DNA of 64,000 bases. It comes from Eledone cirrhosa (Eukaryota). Below, one piece after another: positions 27,420-40,972 of this stretch. The notes beneath the pieces are model-generated. The model made no database searches. It was not told the DNA's origin and worked only from the letters and a program-made list of their open reading frames with translations. The position numbers and the translations under genes are program-made. Where the stretch lies: NCBI GenBank assembly GCA_964016885.1, contig OZ024743.1:295616001-295680000 (forward strand). Direction: 5' to 3'. How positions within the stretch are numbered: the first letter of the stretch is position 1; the number at the start of each line of letters is the position of its first letter.

Positions 27420-28800
27420 CCACTCTAGATGTTTCCCCAATCTGTCATCGCCACTGGTCTTCCGTCATGTACAGAAGAATGATAGTTTTGTGACCTGTCC
27501 AATCGTTAAGCCGTCGGATCAGGATTTGTTTCGTCTCTGTCTCTTCGTCGTCCTTCAACTGAGTCTTAAAGAACGATTTTAGACGGGGAATCGTAATAGA
27601 ATATGACCGTACCAGGCAAGCCTCCTTTCCGTCGTTTTAACAACGCACGCTGTGGCCCGTGCTTACCAGCATATTTGTTATCTTGCTGCCTAACAAAGCT
27701 GTTTGTTCTGTTATGAGTACAGGATACTTAGCAAACTTCTGAAGTAATTGTCTTCGAAAGACTGCATTCTTCGTCTCTTATCGGCTGTAAGCTACCAGTT
27801 CTCACGCTCATATGGAATGATAGAAGTCACTAAGGTCTTGTATATTTTGAGCTTCGTTGGAAAACTGATGACTTTCGTCCTTGTTCAAAATGGATCCTAG
27901 GCAAATGGCGTTGTCCACTTCTTCAAAATTTCTTCCATCCAACATGATGTCTACTGTTATATTCTGGTTATGCGTTGAATATTCTTTTCAATCTGGTAGT
28001 AAATTTCTTGAGTTGTATTTTACTGCTTTCCAGCAGGTCGGTAGCGTCGGAAAAACGTTGATTGGAAAGGGGACCACCTGCCAATTGATATGGAGATATG
28101 CATGATGCTTTCCTATAAGATTGTGAAAATCACTGGAAAGAGGAAACAAGTGTGTCAAGCTCCAGCTCTTGTCTTCAAGAAATGTCTAATATAGTTATGT
28201 TGGATTGCACTGTTTAACTTTTCATACAGTGCTTCATTTACAGAGGATACAATTACTGTCGAAGTCGTCACCCCACAAAATCTGACACAAATCAGAGTCA
28301 AATACTGTTAAACGTCGATGAAGTTATAGTAGAGGTCACATTAATGCTGCAGGTGTCTCTTGGACAGCAGTCTGATGTTAAATATCTGATCTACTGTAAT
28401 CCTGCCTCTTCTATTGCTAAGAGTCCTTCTGACATCCCTTTCATTCTGATTAGCAGAATTCTAGGTAATACTTTATTTGGATAGAAAAATGGTCTGAATA
28501 TTCTGGAATTCTAGCAGTCTTAATTACCTTTTTTTTAATTGTTATCATCAGCAACTATGTATATTCCTTTGAACAGTGCTTCCTTTGTCATATTTTCTGA
28601 GGGGTAACTTTCAGTGTCATGGTGTGCTTTGCCCTTCAATGCTTTAGGAGCTCGAATGAGGTGTTGACTACACCTGTGATATTCCGTCTTTGATCATGCA
28701 GATTAGCTTTATGGCGTATCTCCAAATTCTCTAACAATGTTGGCGGAATAATGCGGGTTGCTGGGGACATCACTCTGTTTCTGGTTAAAGACGTTTCTGT
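27420..28800 (-). pseudogene. old RTE-clade LINE remnant
   Basis: Reverse-strand peptides RRMQSFEDNYFRSLL, RRLAWYGHI, VEGRRR typical of the RTE RT C-terminus; many stops. Confidence 0.6.
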
Positions 28801-28973
28801 AGTCATACTCTTTACCTACATCTTGTATATTTATTTGTTAGATATGAATTCAAAATAATATTATATACCTATATATATATATACATATAATTATGCATAT
28901 ATATATTAATATTATATACATATACATATATATATATATATATACATATATATATACATATATATATGCATTT

Positions 28974-29044
<71 letters not shown>

Positions 29045-29046
29045 CA

Positions 29047-29500
29047 TAGTAGTGTTTATCCATGGAAGTTACGTTGTAACGCCGCGAGGATCAACCGCTT
29101 TATTTAATACAAAATCACTTCACATCAACAGTAAAACCCTAGCGAAATGTTGGTTACTATGTTTGACGGAGTTTCATTTATGAACTGTTTTTTAGGACCG
29201 GGTTACTTTTGCATAATAGTTTCATTGCATACTAGATATTTCCATCATATGGTTATGCAATGGTTATATCATTGAAAGACTCCATGTGATATCATCAGAT
29301 ATTCATATAATTACGAGGTTTAATTATGCAAGTATACTGATATGATACTGATAATGTATTACCATCTAATTTCTTATTAATGTATAATCGCATGTGTATC
29401 TGCCTTTTGATTGATGGAATGTTTAGGCTCTAAGAAATGGCACCAACAAGGGCAACAATGGGTCTATTACGTACAACAACAGCATCACTAATAATAACGA
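29047..29500 (-). mobile_element. PLE 3' end / pseudo-LTR with decayed HHR
   Basis: Homologous in inverted orientation to 31495-31935; CTGATGA (29292-29298, - strand) ... GAAACTAT; ends in (TA)n. Confidence 0.55.
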
Positions 29501-29799
29501 ACAAGAAGAAGAAGAAGAAGAAGAAGAAGAAGAATGACCATGCTATTAATGATACAACGGTGCAGATGTAAATAAAAGTAAAAATAAATAATAATAATAT
29601 TACTTTTATAGGGAAAATAAACTGGGAACAAGCTAATGTAGTACTATATAAATTGCTTTTTAGACTGCCTATTCTAGCAAGTTAAGTAACCACGTGATGT
29701 CTCCTACGCTTGCTAGTTTGAAATTAAAGGTCACGTAAACTTTTACACAATCTTCTAAAAAAGCTATCAATTTTCATATGAAAGTATAAATGTGTGATA

Positions 29800-30110
29800 T
29801 CCGAACGAGTATCCTCCACCTCCAACAAACATAACCTCCTCTCTAGGCCTCGGTTGACAGAATGGAGAATGCATTACCCCGGTGGACGGCGAAGGGGATA
29901 CCCTGGAACAACCACTCAACCTCGTGGGGATGGCACCAGCGGGCAGCCAGCTCCTCTCCGATTCCAGTCAGTGAAGATGTTATCAGGGAGCCAATAATGC
30001 TGGAGTTCTCCATTGCTACAGGCTCTGCAACAAACCTATCAGTGAACGACTGGGACTGTGACAGTTGGCCCTTTTCGGACCTAGGAACTGCTAGACGTCG
30101 GGTTTGACAA
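29800..30110 (-). pseudogene. CRE-like restriction-endonuclease non-LTR 3' fragment
   Basis: Reverse strand PVAMENSSIIG...EVEWLFQGIPFAVHRGNAFSIL. Confidence 0.6.
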
Positions 30111-30292
30111 CACCGAATGGAAGTAGGCCACCTTACCCATCAAATATAATGACACCATTTTTTTATATGTATATTTCCTGAATCAACGTGATTTGCATTC
30201 TGCATAATTTATGTCTATATATTTATTTATGAAGTCCTTATATTTCAACATTTATCAATGCACTATCTATAATACACACCTTAGATCCCACA

Positions 30293-30435
30293 TATTTAAA
30301 CTTCGTCCCGTTACGATCTGAGTTCAAATCCCGCCGTGGTTAACTTTGCCTTTCATCCTTACGGGGTCAATAAAATAGAGTACCAGTAATGCACTGGGTA
30401 ATTGTGGTCTTGTGCCAAATGTAGAAAAAATTATT
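30293..30435 (+). mobile_element. SINE with ATTTAAACTTCGTCCC 5' junction
   Basis: SINE body; same junction at 45962 and 52734. Confidence 0.85.
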
Positions 30436-31494
30436 GATTTTACCTTTATTATAATGTTTGAATTAAATACGGTGTTCTATATATTCTATATGTTATGAAT
30501 TGCATGCTATATAAGGTGTATATTGTACAAGTAATCACCAGATCTTGTCTCTAATCTCCTTTACTTCTCTACTTTGTTTTACGTAGTAAGGCCTATATAT
30601 CTTACATATAATTCAAATCTCCATATATTATATTCTGCTATTGATAATTAGATTTTACATATATTACCTCTTAGTTTATCTTATTTTTCTGTATGTTACT
30701 CCTAGGTTTTATTTATACTTAATTAGATTCTCCACATCTTATCTCTCTGTTAAGTATATTATGATTGAAAATTCCATATACTTTCTCTCGATTCACTCTG
30801 TTATATATAACTGAATTCCTGTATATTACCCCTCAGTTTTTACTGTCGTACTTAATTTGAACATTCCATATTTTACTAATAATTTAGCATAATATAGACA
30901 ATTATAATTTCTACTCATTCCTAATTCCACCCCTCTCAAACATTATTAACCTAATAAATTTTATCTTTTCATCCTTATCTATTCCCTCCCTCCACTCTGC
31001 CTTCATCTTACCCCTTCCTTACCTCTGACCTTTTCCCTCCCTTTCCTTCTTTCTGTCTATAATTCTGGAGAGCTTCACGACAACATAGCCCTAATACACC
31101 TGGTAATTAACACAAAATTAATGATGGCCGGAAATGTTCTAGGCTCTTTCAGTCTGCTGCTTTAGCATCTCGATTCTATCTCTGTTCACTACATTTTATT
31201 TGTTTACTTATATTCCATTCTCTTTGTTTATTATTATATTTTTATTATTCATTTATTTACTTTGGTTTTGTTTTTACTTTCGCCCTTTTTATTCGGAATC
31301 TTTATTTTAATACTTTATATGTATTTCTTTATTTCTTATTTCTTTATATTTTTATTATCTTTAATTTCTTATCTTACATCTCTTTTATATTGACTTATTT
31401 GTTTCATATCCTTTACGTATTAAGATTATTATTTAATTTTTATCTCTTATTTATATTCAATCTGTATTTAGTATCAAAACAACCCCCAACTCCC

Positions 31495-31934
31495 TTATTA
31501 TTATTGTTGATGTTGTTGTACAGGAGAGACCCACTGTTGCCCTTGCTGGTGCAGCGGCAGTAGTGTTAAAGTGATAAAAGAACGACGATAAACGGAAGAT
31601 GCCCAGACTGACCGGCAACTGATTATACATGTAAACAAGAGACTGAACAATGAGCCGAGTTAGAGGTAATTAATTTGTCAATAGTAACAAGAACGTACAC
31701 ATTCCACAACTAAAAAGGCAAATACAACTTCCATCAGATATTAATAAGAAACGAGACTTAGTATCTCATATGTTCACTCACAACACACTAAGATACTAAT
31801 ATATAGTATGAGTATCTGATGATGTCACATGGAGACTATCAAAGATATAACCATTGCATAACCATGCTAGTGGAATATATATATTGTGCAATAAAACTAT
31901 TATGTAAATGTAACCCTTCCTTAGCAGCATTTCG

Positions 31935-31935
<1 letters not shown>
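31495..31935 (+). mobile_element. PLE 3' end / pseudo-LTR with decayed HHR
   Basis: INKKRDLVSH remnant resembling the Neptune C-terminus; CTGATGA at 31816; homolog of 29047-29500. Confidence 0.55.
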
Positions 31936-31973
<38 letters not shown>

Positions 31974-31977
<4 letters not shown>

Positions 31978-32673
31978 TGTATGTATACGTACATACATAT
32001 ATGTATACAGACGTACAGTAGTATGTATATACATACATGCGCACATATATACATGCACGTATCGATACGTGCATGTATATATGTGTGCATATATGTATAT
32101 ATATATACATACTACTGTACCTCTGTAAACATATATGTATGTACGTATACACACATACATACTTACATTTAAGTAAGTGCCGTACTAAGAGTGAGAAATG
32201 AAATTTCGTTTCATTCTATTCCATTTATCGTTTTCGGTGTGCCCGGCCGACTGAACTCGCTCAATATCCAAATTAGGCTGCTCAGCCGTTAATATGCATA
32301 AGGAAAGTATATACTTTCAGACGTTCAACCATCTGGCAGGAAGGTATACGATGCTGACGATAGCTAATAAGCTTGAAACTAGTACATCGTTCCTGTGTCA
32401 TTGTTGAACAAAAAGGTGACGTGGTTACCTAAACACTGTACGGCGTAATTCGGGCTGTTTGTTTGTTTACAAACAAACAAACCGAGCATTATAATAAATG
32501 TTCGATAAACCGATACGTGCATGTATGTATGTGTGCATGTATGTATATATATACATACTACTGTACGTCTGTATACATATATGTATGTACGTATACACAC
32601 ATACATACTTACATTTAAGTAAGTGCCGTACTAAGAGTGAGAAATGAAATTTCGTTTCATTCTATTCCATTTA
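31974..32673 (+). mobile_element. retrozyme-like non-coding element, family 1 (~447-nt unit, 1.35 copies, hairpin cap)
   Basis: Direct repeat 32063-32227 / 32511-32673; inverted copy 31974-32063; HHR inside; (TA)n flanks. Confidence 0.8.
32348..32390 (+). ncRNA. type I hammerhead ribozyme, intact minimal
   Basis: ACGATG-CTGACGA-T-AGCT-AATA-AGCT-T-GAAA-CTAG-TA-CATCGT: 6-bp stem I, canonical core, palindromic stem III ACTAGT. Confidence 0.9.
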
Positions 32674-33227
32674 TATACATATATATAGCTCAACTATATA
32701 CGACGCAAGCCCAGAGATGCAAAGACACCAAGTCTCAAGTAAAGTTGTGCAGTTCACCTGGCCAGCGTCTTCTACTACTACAGCCTGATGTTGACCAATG
32801 CGATGTGAGTTAAATCGCGCGTAAACTGATCCTATTTAGAAAAATATGTTTATAGGCTTTTAGATTAACACAATTTCATTAACAAGTGTTACACCCATTC
32901 TTCGTATTTGAATGATATGTAAATAAGCAATTGACAGATGTAGACTATTTACAAAATTTATACAGTCAACTATTGACATCCGTACATTAGTAGCCTTGTA
33001 ATAATGAAGCACTTACTGAAAGTGGATACAAATATTGGATTACACGGAAAGACCTCGTAAATCGACACTGAGGAAACTGAGATTTGATCACAGCTTAAAA
33101 TAAACTCAGTGAGACTATGTGTATTATGTTTATTTATACATAAATATATTGCATATGGGTAAATTTACGCCTATATACATATGTGCGGGCGTGAATATGT
33201 TTATAAACATATTCATATATATATATG

Positions 33228-33348
<121 letters not shown>

Positions 33349-34031
33349 CTGTGTTTGCGTGTGTGTTTGTGTGTGTGTAAATGTGTATGTATTCATGTGA
33401 GCATGTATCTGTATGTGAGTATATATAAGTGTAATTATTATATACAAGAACTCATATATGCCAATTTGAAAACGGGTTTGAATGATATATATGAGTGTAA
33501 GGTTAATCGCAACCACAAATTCTGCGGTAGAGGAAGTCTTCCAATAATTATTTTTTTACCCATTATTGTACTTGCAATTGTTTTCTTCGTGTACACCTCC
33601 CACTACCCGACACACAAACATACACATAAACTGACACACATACATGTACGACAATGTTTTCCTCCCTCATCATATACTTTTAACTAATATAGTTTCGTCT
33701 TACGGACACCACAATTGGTTGACAGCAGAAAGTCTATTTCCTGTAAAGCTGTGCATCAGCTGTAATAACAGTCTCATGTTAAGGTCAAACATCCTGAAAC
33801 GACGGATTCTTGATTGCTGCACTTGTAATTTGTTCACAGAAAATTTGGAAACATTCCGCCACGCATAACAATTAGTTGTTCCATTCCCATATAAAACAAA
33901 TCGTCACACCACCCTCCACAGTTTTGTGACAATGCTCTACTTTCAAGATGCGACTTAAACCAATTTAAAAGCAATCTTTCTGTCCTGTTCTCATTTTCAG
34001 GACACGTATGGGAACCCCCCGCCCCCACACA

Positions 34032-34063
<32 letters not shown>

Positions 34064-34089
34064 TACACACATATATATATGTGTGAGTG

Positions 34090-34133
<44 letters not shown>

Positions 34134-35149
34134 TATATATGTGTGCGTGTGTGTGTGTTCGTATGTGTGTAATAAAATGACTTAAAATATCATCTTTGGT
34201 TCTTCACTTGAATTAAAATTACTAAGCATTGTGGGTTTTTTTTTCCATAGCCAATTAATACATTGAGCTTTGTCGCATTTGGTATCGAACAAGTGATATA
34301 CTCACTCCTATTCATCTCCTATATATTTATCAATATATTATATACATATACGTATATACATATAATACATACAAGGTCGGATTTATTCATTAGGGGCCCG
34401 GTGTACTTCATGTTTTGGGACGGGGGATCATATACAAAAAATTAGAATATACAGCAATCCCCGAATCTTACATATCAAAGTACGCTTGGCGCGAGTAATA
34501 GGAATTGAAAAGTTATACACAGTAATTATTTTTTTTTTAATCTAACCATCCTGAATTTATGTCCACTTTCTACACTGGCATGTGTTGGATGGCTTAACAC
34601 AGCCCGGGACCAGACATAGCGGAGCGACCTCATTTTGATCATACATTACATATTTGACATGGTTTCTATGGCTGGATGCCCTTCGGAATATAACCTCTGT
34701 AGAGTATTTATTGGTTGCATTACTTTTGTGATACCAGCACAAACATTTTACACAGTTCACTAGGTATATTCTATCAAGGCACTAACACTAACAATTTACA
34801 TGCTATACTGATCATATTTTATTGTAGTAGTAGCACTAAAGAGATCGCCACATGATCAGTCAGACTATTGTGTTCTCTTAATCACTATATTTTCTCCATT
34901 CAATTGCCAAACCATGAAACCTCCTATCTCTCACAACACTTACTTTCTGTGTCTCATGTCTTTTGTATTATGGCATATCATCAACCAGCTCTATCCTGTG
35001 TCATCTCATTTGTAGGATTCAGTTTCTTGACGTCATTCTTTACAACTTCGTCTCATGTAATGAATGGAGGTAAATCGTTCGGAATATCGATTTTCTTAAG
35101 ACAATTGTTAGTCTTGAAGAGAATATATATGTCTATATGATAAGACAGT

Positions 35150-35480
35150 AGGCATGCACATACACGTAAACCAGGTCCGAACACAAAGGAGCCGAACTCC
35201 CACTGTTATTACCTCCATCTCTCTCGCCTCGCCCCCACCCCCCATCTGTCACTATTATGAGTAAATGAGGTCCCACGTGCTGGCCGCCCCACGGCGCCGG
35301 CGAACAGAATGGAGAAGGCATTTTCCCGGAGGATGGTAAGGGAGATGCACTGGAAGAGCCATTCCATTTCGCGAGGTTCACATCTACGGTTCACCAGCTA
35401 AGCGCTTTATGGTAGCAATTAGGGAGGTAGCCCTAGGGCCAAGGACACCAGGAGTCCGTGATCCTCTACTTCAAACGTTT
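35150..35480 (-). pseudogene. CRE-like non-LTR 3' fragment
   Basis: TPGVLGPRATSLI...EPREMEWLFQCISLTILRENAFSIL, same motif as 29800-30110. Confidence 0.6.
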
Positions 35481-36272
35481 GACACATTTTTTATACAAAT
35501 CTTGCTCTCCTTTTTAATGACATTTCTATATCAGCGCAATCATCACTCTTGCATTCTTTCTTCCACAATATTTTCTCTCAGCTAAGTTGTGCTCTGTCGT
35601 TCACATGCACTAATATTGCTCATCCAACGAAGCCACGGCAAATATTCTGACCAGTTTATACATAAATCTAACATGAAAAAGTATTAATTGTAAATGTAGA
35701 GGCGTATATAGAAGCACATACAATATGTTTATGTATAACAAACATTCGTAGCTCTCACTTTGATCATGTTTGTCACTTTCATCACGTCATACAATCTGAT
35801 GTCTCTTAAGTTAGAAATTTGGTGAATTTGTTAAAAATATAGTTCTCGGTATCAAACGGTTAAAATTATGAAGTCCATCAGGGGGCCCATATATATTACT
35901 ACGGCTGTCACTGGTGCCCCCCCCCCCCCCACACACACACACTGTTGGTGGGAGCCAGGGGCAATTGACCCCCTTTTTTCTTATTAAATCAGACCATGAT
36001 TATATACATACATAATTGCATACAAAGTATGTATCATGACTACGTTTCCATTTTGGAATGGGTTGGATAGGTTATAATTATTTAATATGATTTAACTAGA
36101 GCGGAGCTTTTAGATTCACATACACATAGGGCCCCACGCCACACTTGCACACGTTCCAGTTTTGACTGGAAAACTACGGGGATTTCCAGAAGTTTACAGA
36201 GAAGTGACTGTCAGTTTTTCCATTTATTTTTCGTTGTATTTGTCTTCACGTTTTTGATTCCCATATATGTAC

Positions 36273-36328
<56 letters not shown>

Positions 36329-36354
36329 GTGTGTGTGTGTGTGTGCGTATATAC

Positions 36355-36393
<39 letters not shown>

Positions 36394-36641
36394 AAATGGA
36401 ACGGGAACAAAACAGAAAGGCAGTACGAACAAAGGTTTATATATATATTATAAAACGCGAAGCAGCGAGAAACAGTTGTCAGCCATTCTCCCAGCCTTTG
36501 CCGAAAATATAAGTCACATAGTCATTACTTTAAAACTGATAGCGAATAGTCTTCTAAATGTTTTTAATTAAGCATACGGCATGTGGCGAAATATTCTATA
36601 CATACATTCATGTATACATCGCTATTTGAGAGCACCAATAC

Positions 36642-36672
<31 letters not shown>

Positions 36673-36674
<2 letters not shown>

Positions 36675-36996
36675 CAAAAGGGATATTGAATTTGTTGGTA
36701 ATTCAACATATATAAATGTTTATAACTGATTTAATGCACTCGACAGATTTTCTGGGCTATAATATTCAATGATATTAATAAATGGAAACTATATTTATAA
36801 AACCATATTTATTTTACTATATATATTTCAAGGGTACCAAAACGCACTCATCGGATAAAATACAAAGTTTGTTTCATAAATATTGACATAACAGGAAAGA
36901 AGAACTTAACGGTTCAAGTTTTTCCTGAGAGCGTACCAAAGTTTTAGAATAAATATGGTTTTATAAATATAGTTTCCATTTATTTAATATCATTGT
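36673..36996 (-). mobile_element. pLTR-like inverted-repeat unit with decayed HHR
   Basis: Arms 36767-36813 / 36947-36995; - strand TTTTAT-CCGATGA...GAAA-TATATA-TA-GTAAAA at 36811-36860. Confidence 0.55.
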
Positions 36997-38641
36997 ATAT
37001 ATATATATATATACATTTCCGCCAACGAATGTAGCATACGCAACACATGCAGTAGAATATATGGATCATGATTGAAGTTTTCATATCCACGAGTGCTGTT
37101 TAATCACCAGATGGTATTGCCACAAGATCTTAATCAAATAAGAGTGTTATACACTTATTGCTATTTTTCCTTTACAATGTATTCGTAATGTACTAGAATC
37201 TATTACATTAGGAATACATTGTAAAGGAAAAACGGCAATAAGTACTAGAATCTAGTACATTAGGATCCTAACAAATAAAATATAAATGTTTGTTGTTGGG
37301 ATCACTGGTTTCCACTGAAGTATTTATAAATCTTGTGTGGATTACAATCTCTGACTAGAGTGCAAGAATTATGTTGTAGCTTTGTTTAGGGTACAGTAGT
37401 TATTTTACTCATAGCAGGCATGGCTGACTGGTTAAAGACGTTACTTTGAAATCATGAGCTATTTCGTATCGATCCAACTGAAAAAAATCAATGCAGAGAT
37501 TGTACGGGTAAATCTAACTGGCAGGAAACCCAAAAGTATACTCCCAACCAGAAGTTTGGATAAGATCCATGACCTAGGCTGGTCTTGCTTGAGGATCCAG
37601 CCTTATCAATTGGAGACCTTTCTATTTGATGGAAGTAGTGCTTGACAAGTTTGCCGCCATGTCTGTCCCAGAAATAAGCGCGCGAAGCAGAAGAATGTTA
37701 CTCTGGAATACTCCACTTAGAGTTCAATGCAGGACTAAGCAGTTCAGTGGAATGAAATACTGAAACATCATCGTTGAAACCGATGAAGGATCCATTTTGG
37801 TTAATTTAAGAAAAGGAGGATGTTAAATATGCTTCAGAACAGTAATATATATGGAAATTTAAAGGGCCGAAATTATAAAGATGTCAGTCACTATTACTTT
37901 ATGGTATAGGGTGTTAACGGCGGAAAGAATGGTGGATAAATTGATAGACACTATAGAGATAATAGTGATTTAAACCGAATAGGGAAACAAAGAGAGTAGG
38001 ATTTCTCCTGTTAAGTAAAGTATTTATGGATTCAATCGGTGTCGATATACCCTTTCATTATTTCATTACATAATTATCAAAGTGACGACATTTAGTGACC
38101 AAATATTTAGATAGTTTGCCGATTTATTACTGTTGTTGAGTGTGAACTGCTTTTCAGATATCAATAACCCGCATAAACCGCAATGATTTGTTCCATTCCT
38201 TTACGAGCTACATCTCCCGAGAAACTTCAACTTGATATTGAATTCAGCAGTATGTAAAGCTTAAACTCTATTTTCTCGAATGTCAACCATACGCACAACA
38301 TAATTTGCACAACGTTGAAAAGATTTTATCAACATTTCCCTACATATGCTTACATCAAATCAAGAAATCCTCTCGTTGTCACCTGCATAATTTGTACTGA
38401 CATAACTAGATTGCATCTCAACTATTTTACTTTAACTGGCTCTTCCAAACTGTCTCTGGAGGAATTTCTTTAAAAATACCCATTAATTCACAAAAACTAA
38501 AACAGGGTTCAATCAATAATAACTACCTGCTTAGGTAGCATATGGGTTGCCATATTATGATTGCAACCACTGTAACAGATAGTGCTATTAAAATAAACCT
38601 GGCCTGAGACAATATGGGCCATGTAAACACACACACACACA

Positions 38642-38684
<43 letters not shown>

Positions 38685-38851
38685 CAGTGTTAAGCTAGTA
38701 AATTATTTTATCAGAACGACAAGAGTTCAGCCGTCGCGCCCCGACTCTCTCTAATATATATATATATATATTATGTCTTGGCCTTATTACACATATTCAA
38801 ACGTTTATACCTCATTACACAATGCTTCAAGTGAACTATAACCTCCTCCTT

Positions 38852-38960
<109 letters not shown>

Positions 38961-38979
38961 GAGTTTATGTTGGTTGTAT

Positions 38980-39557
<578 letters not shown>

Positions 39558-39740
39558 CAATTATTAGGTAGAAAAATATATTGTTTTCCTATTTTGTTTC
39601 TCTCTCTCTTTTTTCTGGGTTAGCAAATGATTAAAACGAAATGTTTTACTTTGTGTGAAGTGTTAAGGTATTAGTTGATTTATTTATTATTTAACAATGG
39701 CATTTATTTATCATCTCCACATTTTATTATTATTATTATA

Positions 39741-39927
39741 GGGCGGTGAATTGCCAGTATCGGTAGAGGGTTGGACGCCATGCTTTCTAGCATAGTTACG
39801 TCCCTTTACAGTCTGAGTTCAAATCCCGCCGAGGTTAACTTTGCCTTTCATCCTAACGGGTTCGATAAGATAAAGTACCAGTAATGTACTGAGTAATTGC
39901 TGGCCTTGTGCCTAAAGCAGAAACAAT

Positions 39928-39930
<3 letters not shown>
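39741..39930 (+). mobile_element. SINE, full length
   Basis: GGGCGGTGAATTGCCAGTATCGG...GAAACAATTATTAT, preceded by (ATT)n. Confidence 0.9.
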
Positions 39931-39960
<30 letters not shown>

Positions 39961-39964
<4 letters not shown>

Positions 39965-40097
39965 TTAAAATAACAGATTAAAGTTTAAGCAAAGAATCGG
40001 TGCTTTCACCTTAAGGGGATCTTCTGAAACAGTTTCAGAAGATCCCCTTAAGGTGAAAGCACCGATTCTTTGCTTAAACCTTAATCTCTTATTTTAA

Positions 40098-40101
<4 letters not shown>
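39961..40101. repeat. 141-bp near-perfect palindrome of an HHR-variant unit
   Basis: Arms 39961-40030 / 40032-40101; single copies at 40345-40440 (-) and 52437-52533 (+). Confidence 0.85.
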
Positions 40102-40130
<29 letters not shown>

Positions 40131-40133
<3 letters not shown>

Positions 40134-40324
40134 AAACAGTACGACTCCGACGGCAAAGCTCGAGCCGTTTCGCCGGCTATTTCTGGACTCAGAAATAGCG
40201 GTCGAAACGGCTTGAGCTCTGCCGTCGGGGTCATACTTTTTCCTATTACCCACTCTACTACCTTAAGTATTGAGTACTCTGGTGCGTTATGGTCCATCTG
40301 GTTCCCTACCACAACTCCTTTGTT
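40131..40324 (+). mobile_element. hairpin-capped pLTR fragment (3' half of an HHR)
   Basis: Palindrome 40131-40244 around loop GACT; GAAA-CGGC..GCCG-TC; homolog at 59037-59231 (-). Confidence 0.7.
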
Positions 40325-40612
40325 ATATATATATATATATATATATTATTAAAACAACAGATTAAAGTTTAAGCAAAGAATCGCTGCTTTCACCCTTAAC
40401 GGGATCTTCTGAAACTAACAAAGTCAATCTGTAAACGCAGAAGTGGATATTTAAAAAAAACGTTGCAACCGGAGGAAGACAGGAAGACGATACCTTGGTT
40501 CGTGGAAACGTTCCCTGGCAAAGAACGGGAAAAAACGAATATAAAACGTCATTATTTGGAGAGGTGAAAAAAAATTACACGCAAATAATTTATTATTATT
40601 ACCATATATGTA

Positions 40613-40915
40613 TGGGCGGTGGATTGGCAGTATCGGTAGAGGGTCGGACGCCATGCTTTCCAGCATAGTTACGTCCCTTTACGATCTGAGTTCAAATCCC
40701 GCCGAGGTTGACTTTGCCTTTCATCCTTACGGGGTCGATAAAATAAAGTACCAGTAATGCACTGGGTAATTGCTGGTCTTGTGCCTAAAGTAGAAACAAT
40801 TATTTCTCACTATAGCGGTTAACTTTGCCTTTCATTCTTACGGGCTCGATAATATAAAGTACCAGTAATACACTGGGTATTTGCTGGCCTTGTGCCAAAA
40901 AGTAGAAACAATTAT

Positions 40916-40917
<2 letters not shown>
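40613..40917 (+). mobile_element. SINE, full length, plus tandem partial copy
   Basis: 40613-40803 full; 40818-40917 repeats the 3' half. Confidence 0.9.
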
Positions 40918-40949
<32 letters not shown>

Positions 40950-40972
40950 ATATACATATATATATATACATA

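Noticed and set aside
40613-40710. tRNA gene suggested by A/B boxes
   Set aside because: No complete cloverleaf; it continues into SINE body and tail
40806-40815. CTCACTATAG resembling the T7 promoter (vector contamination)
   Set aside because: Only 10 nt match, no other vector sequence
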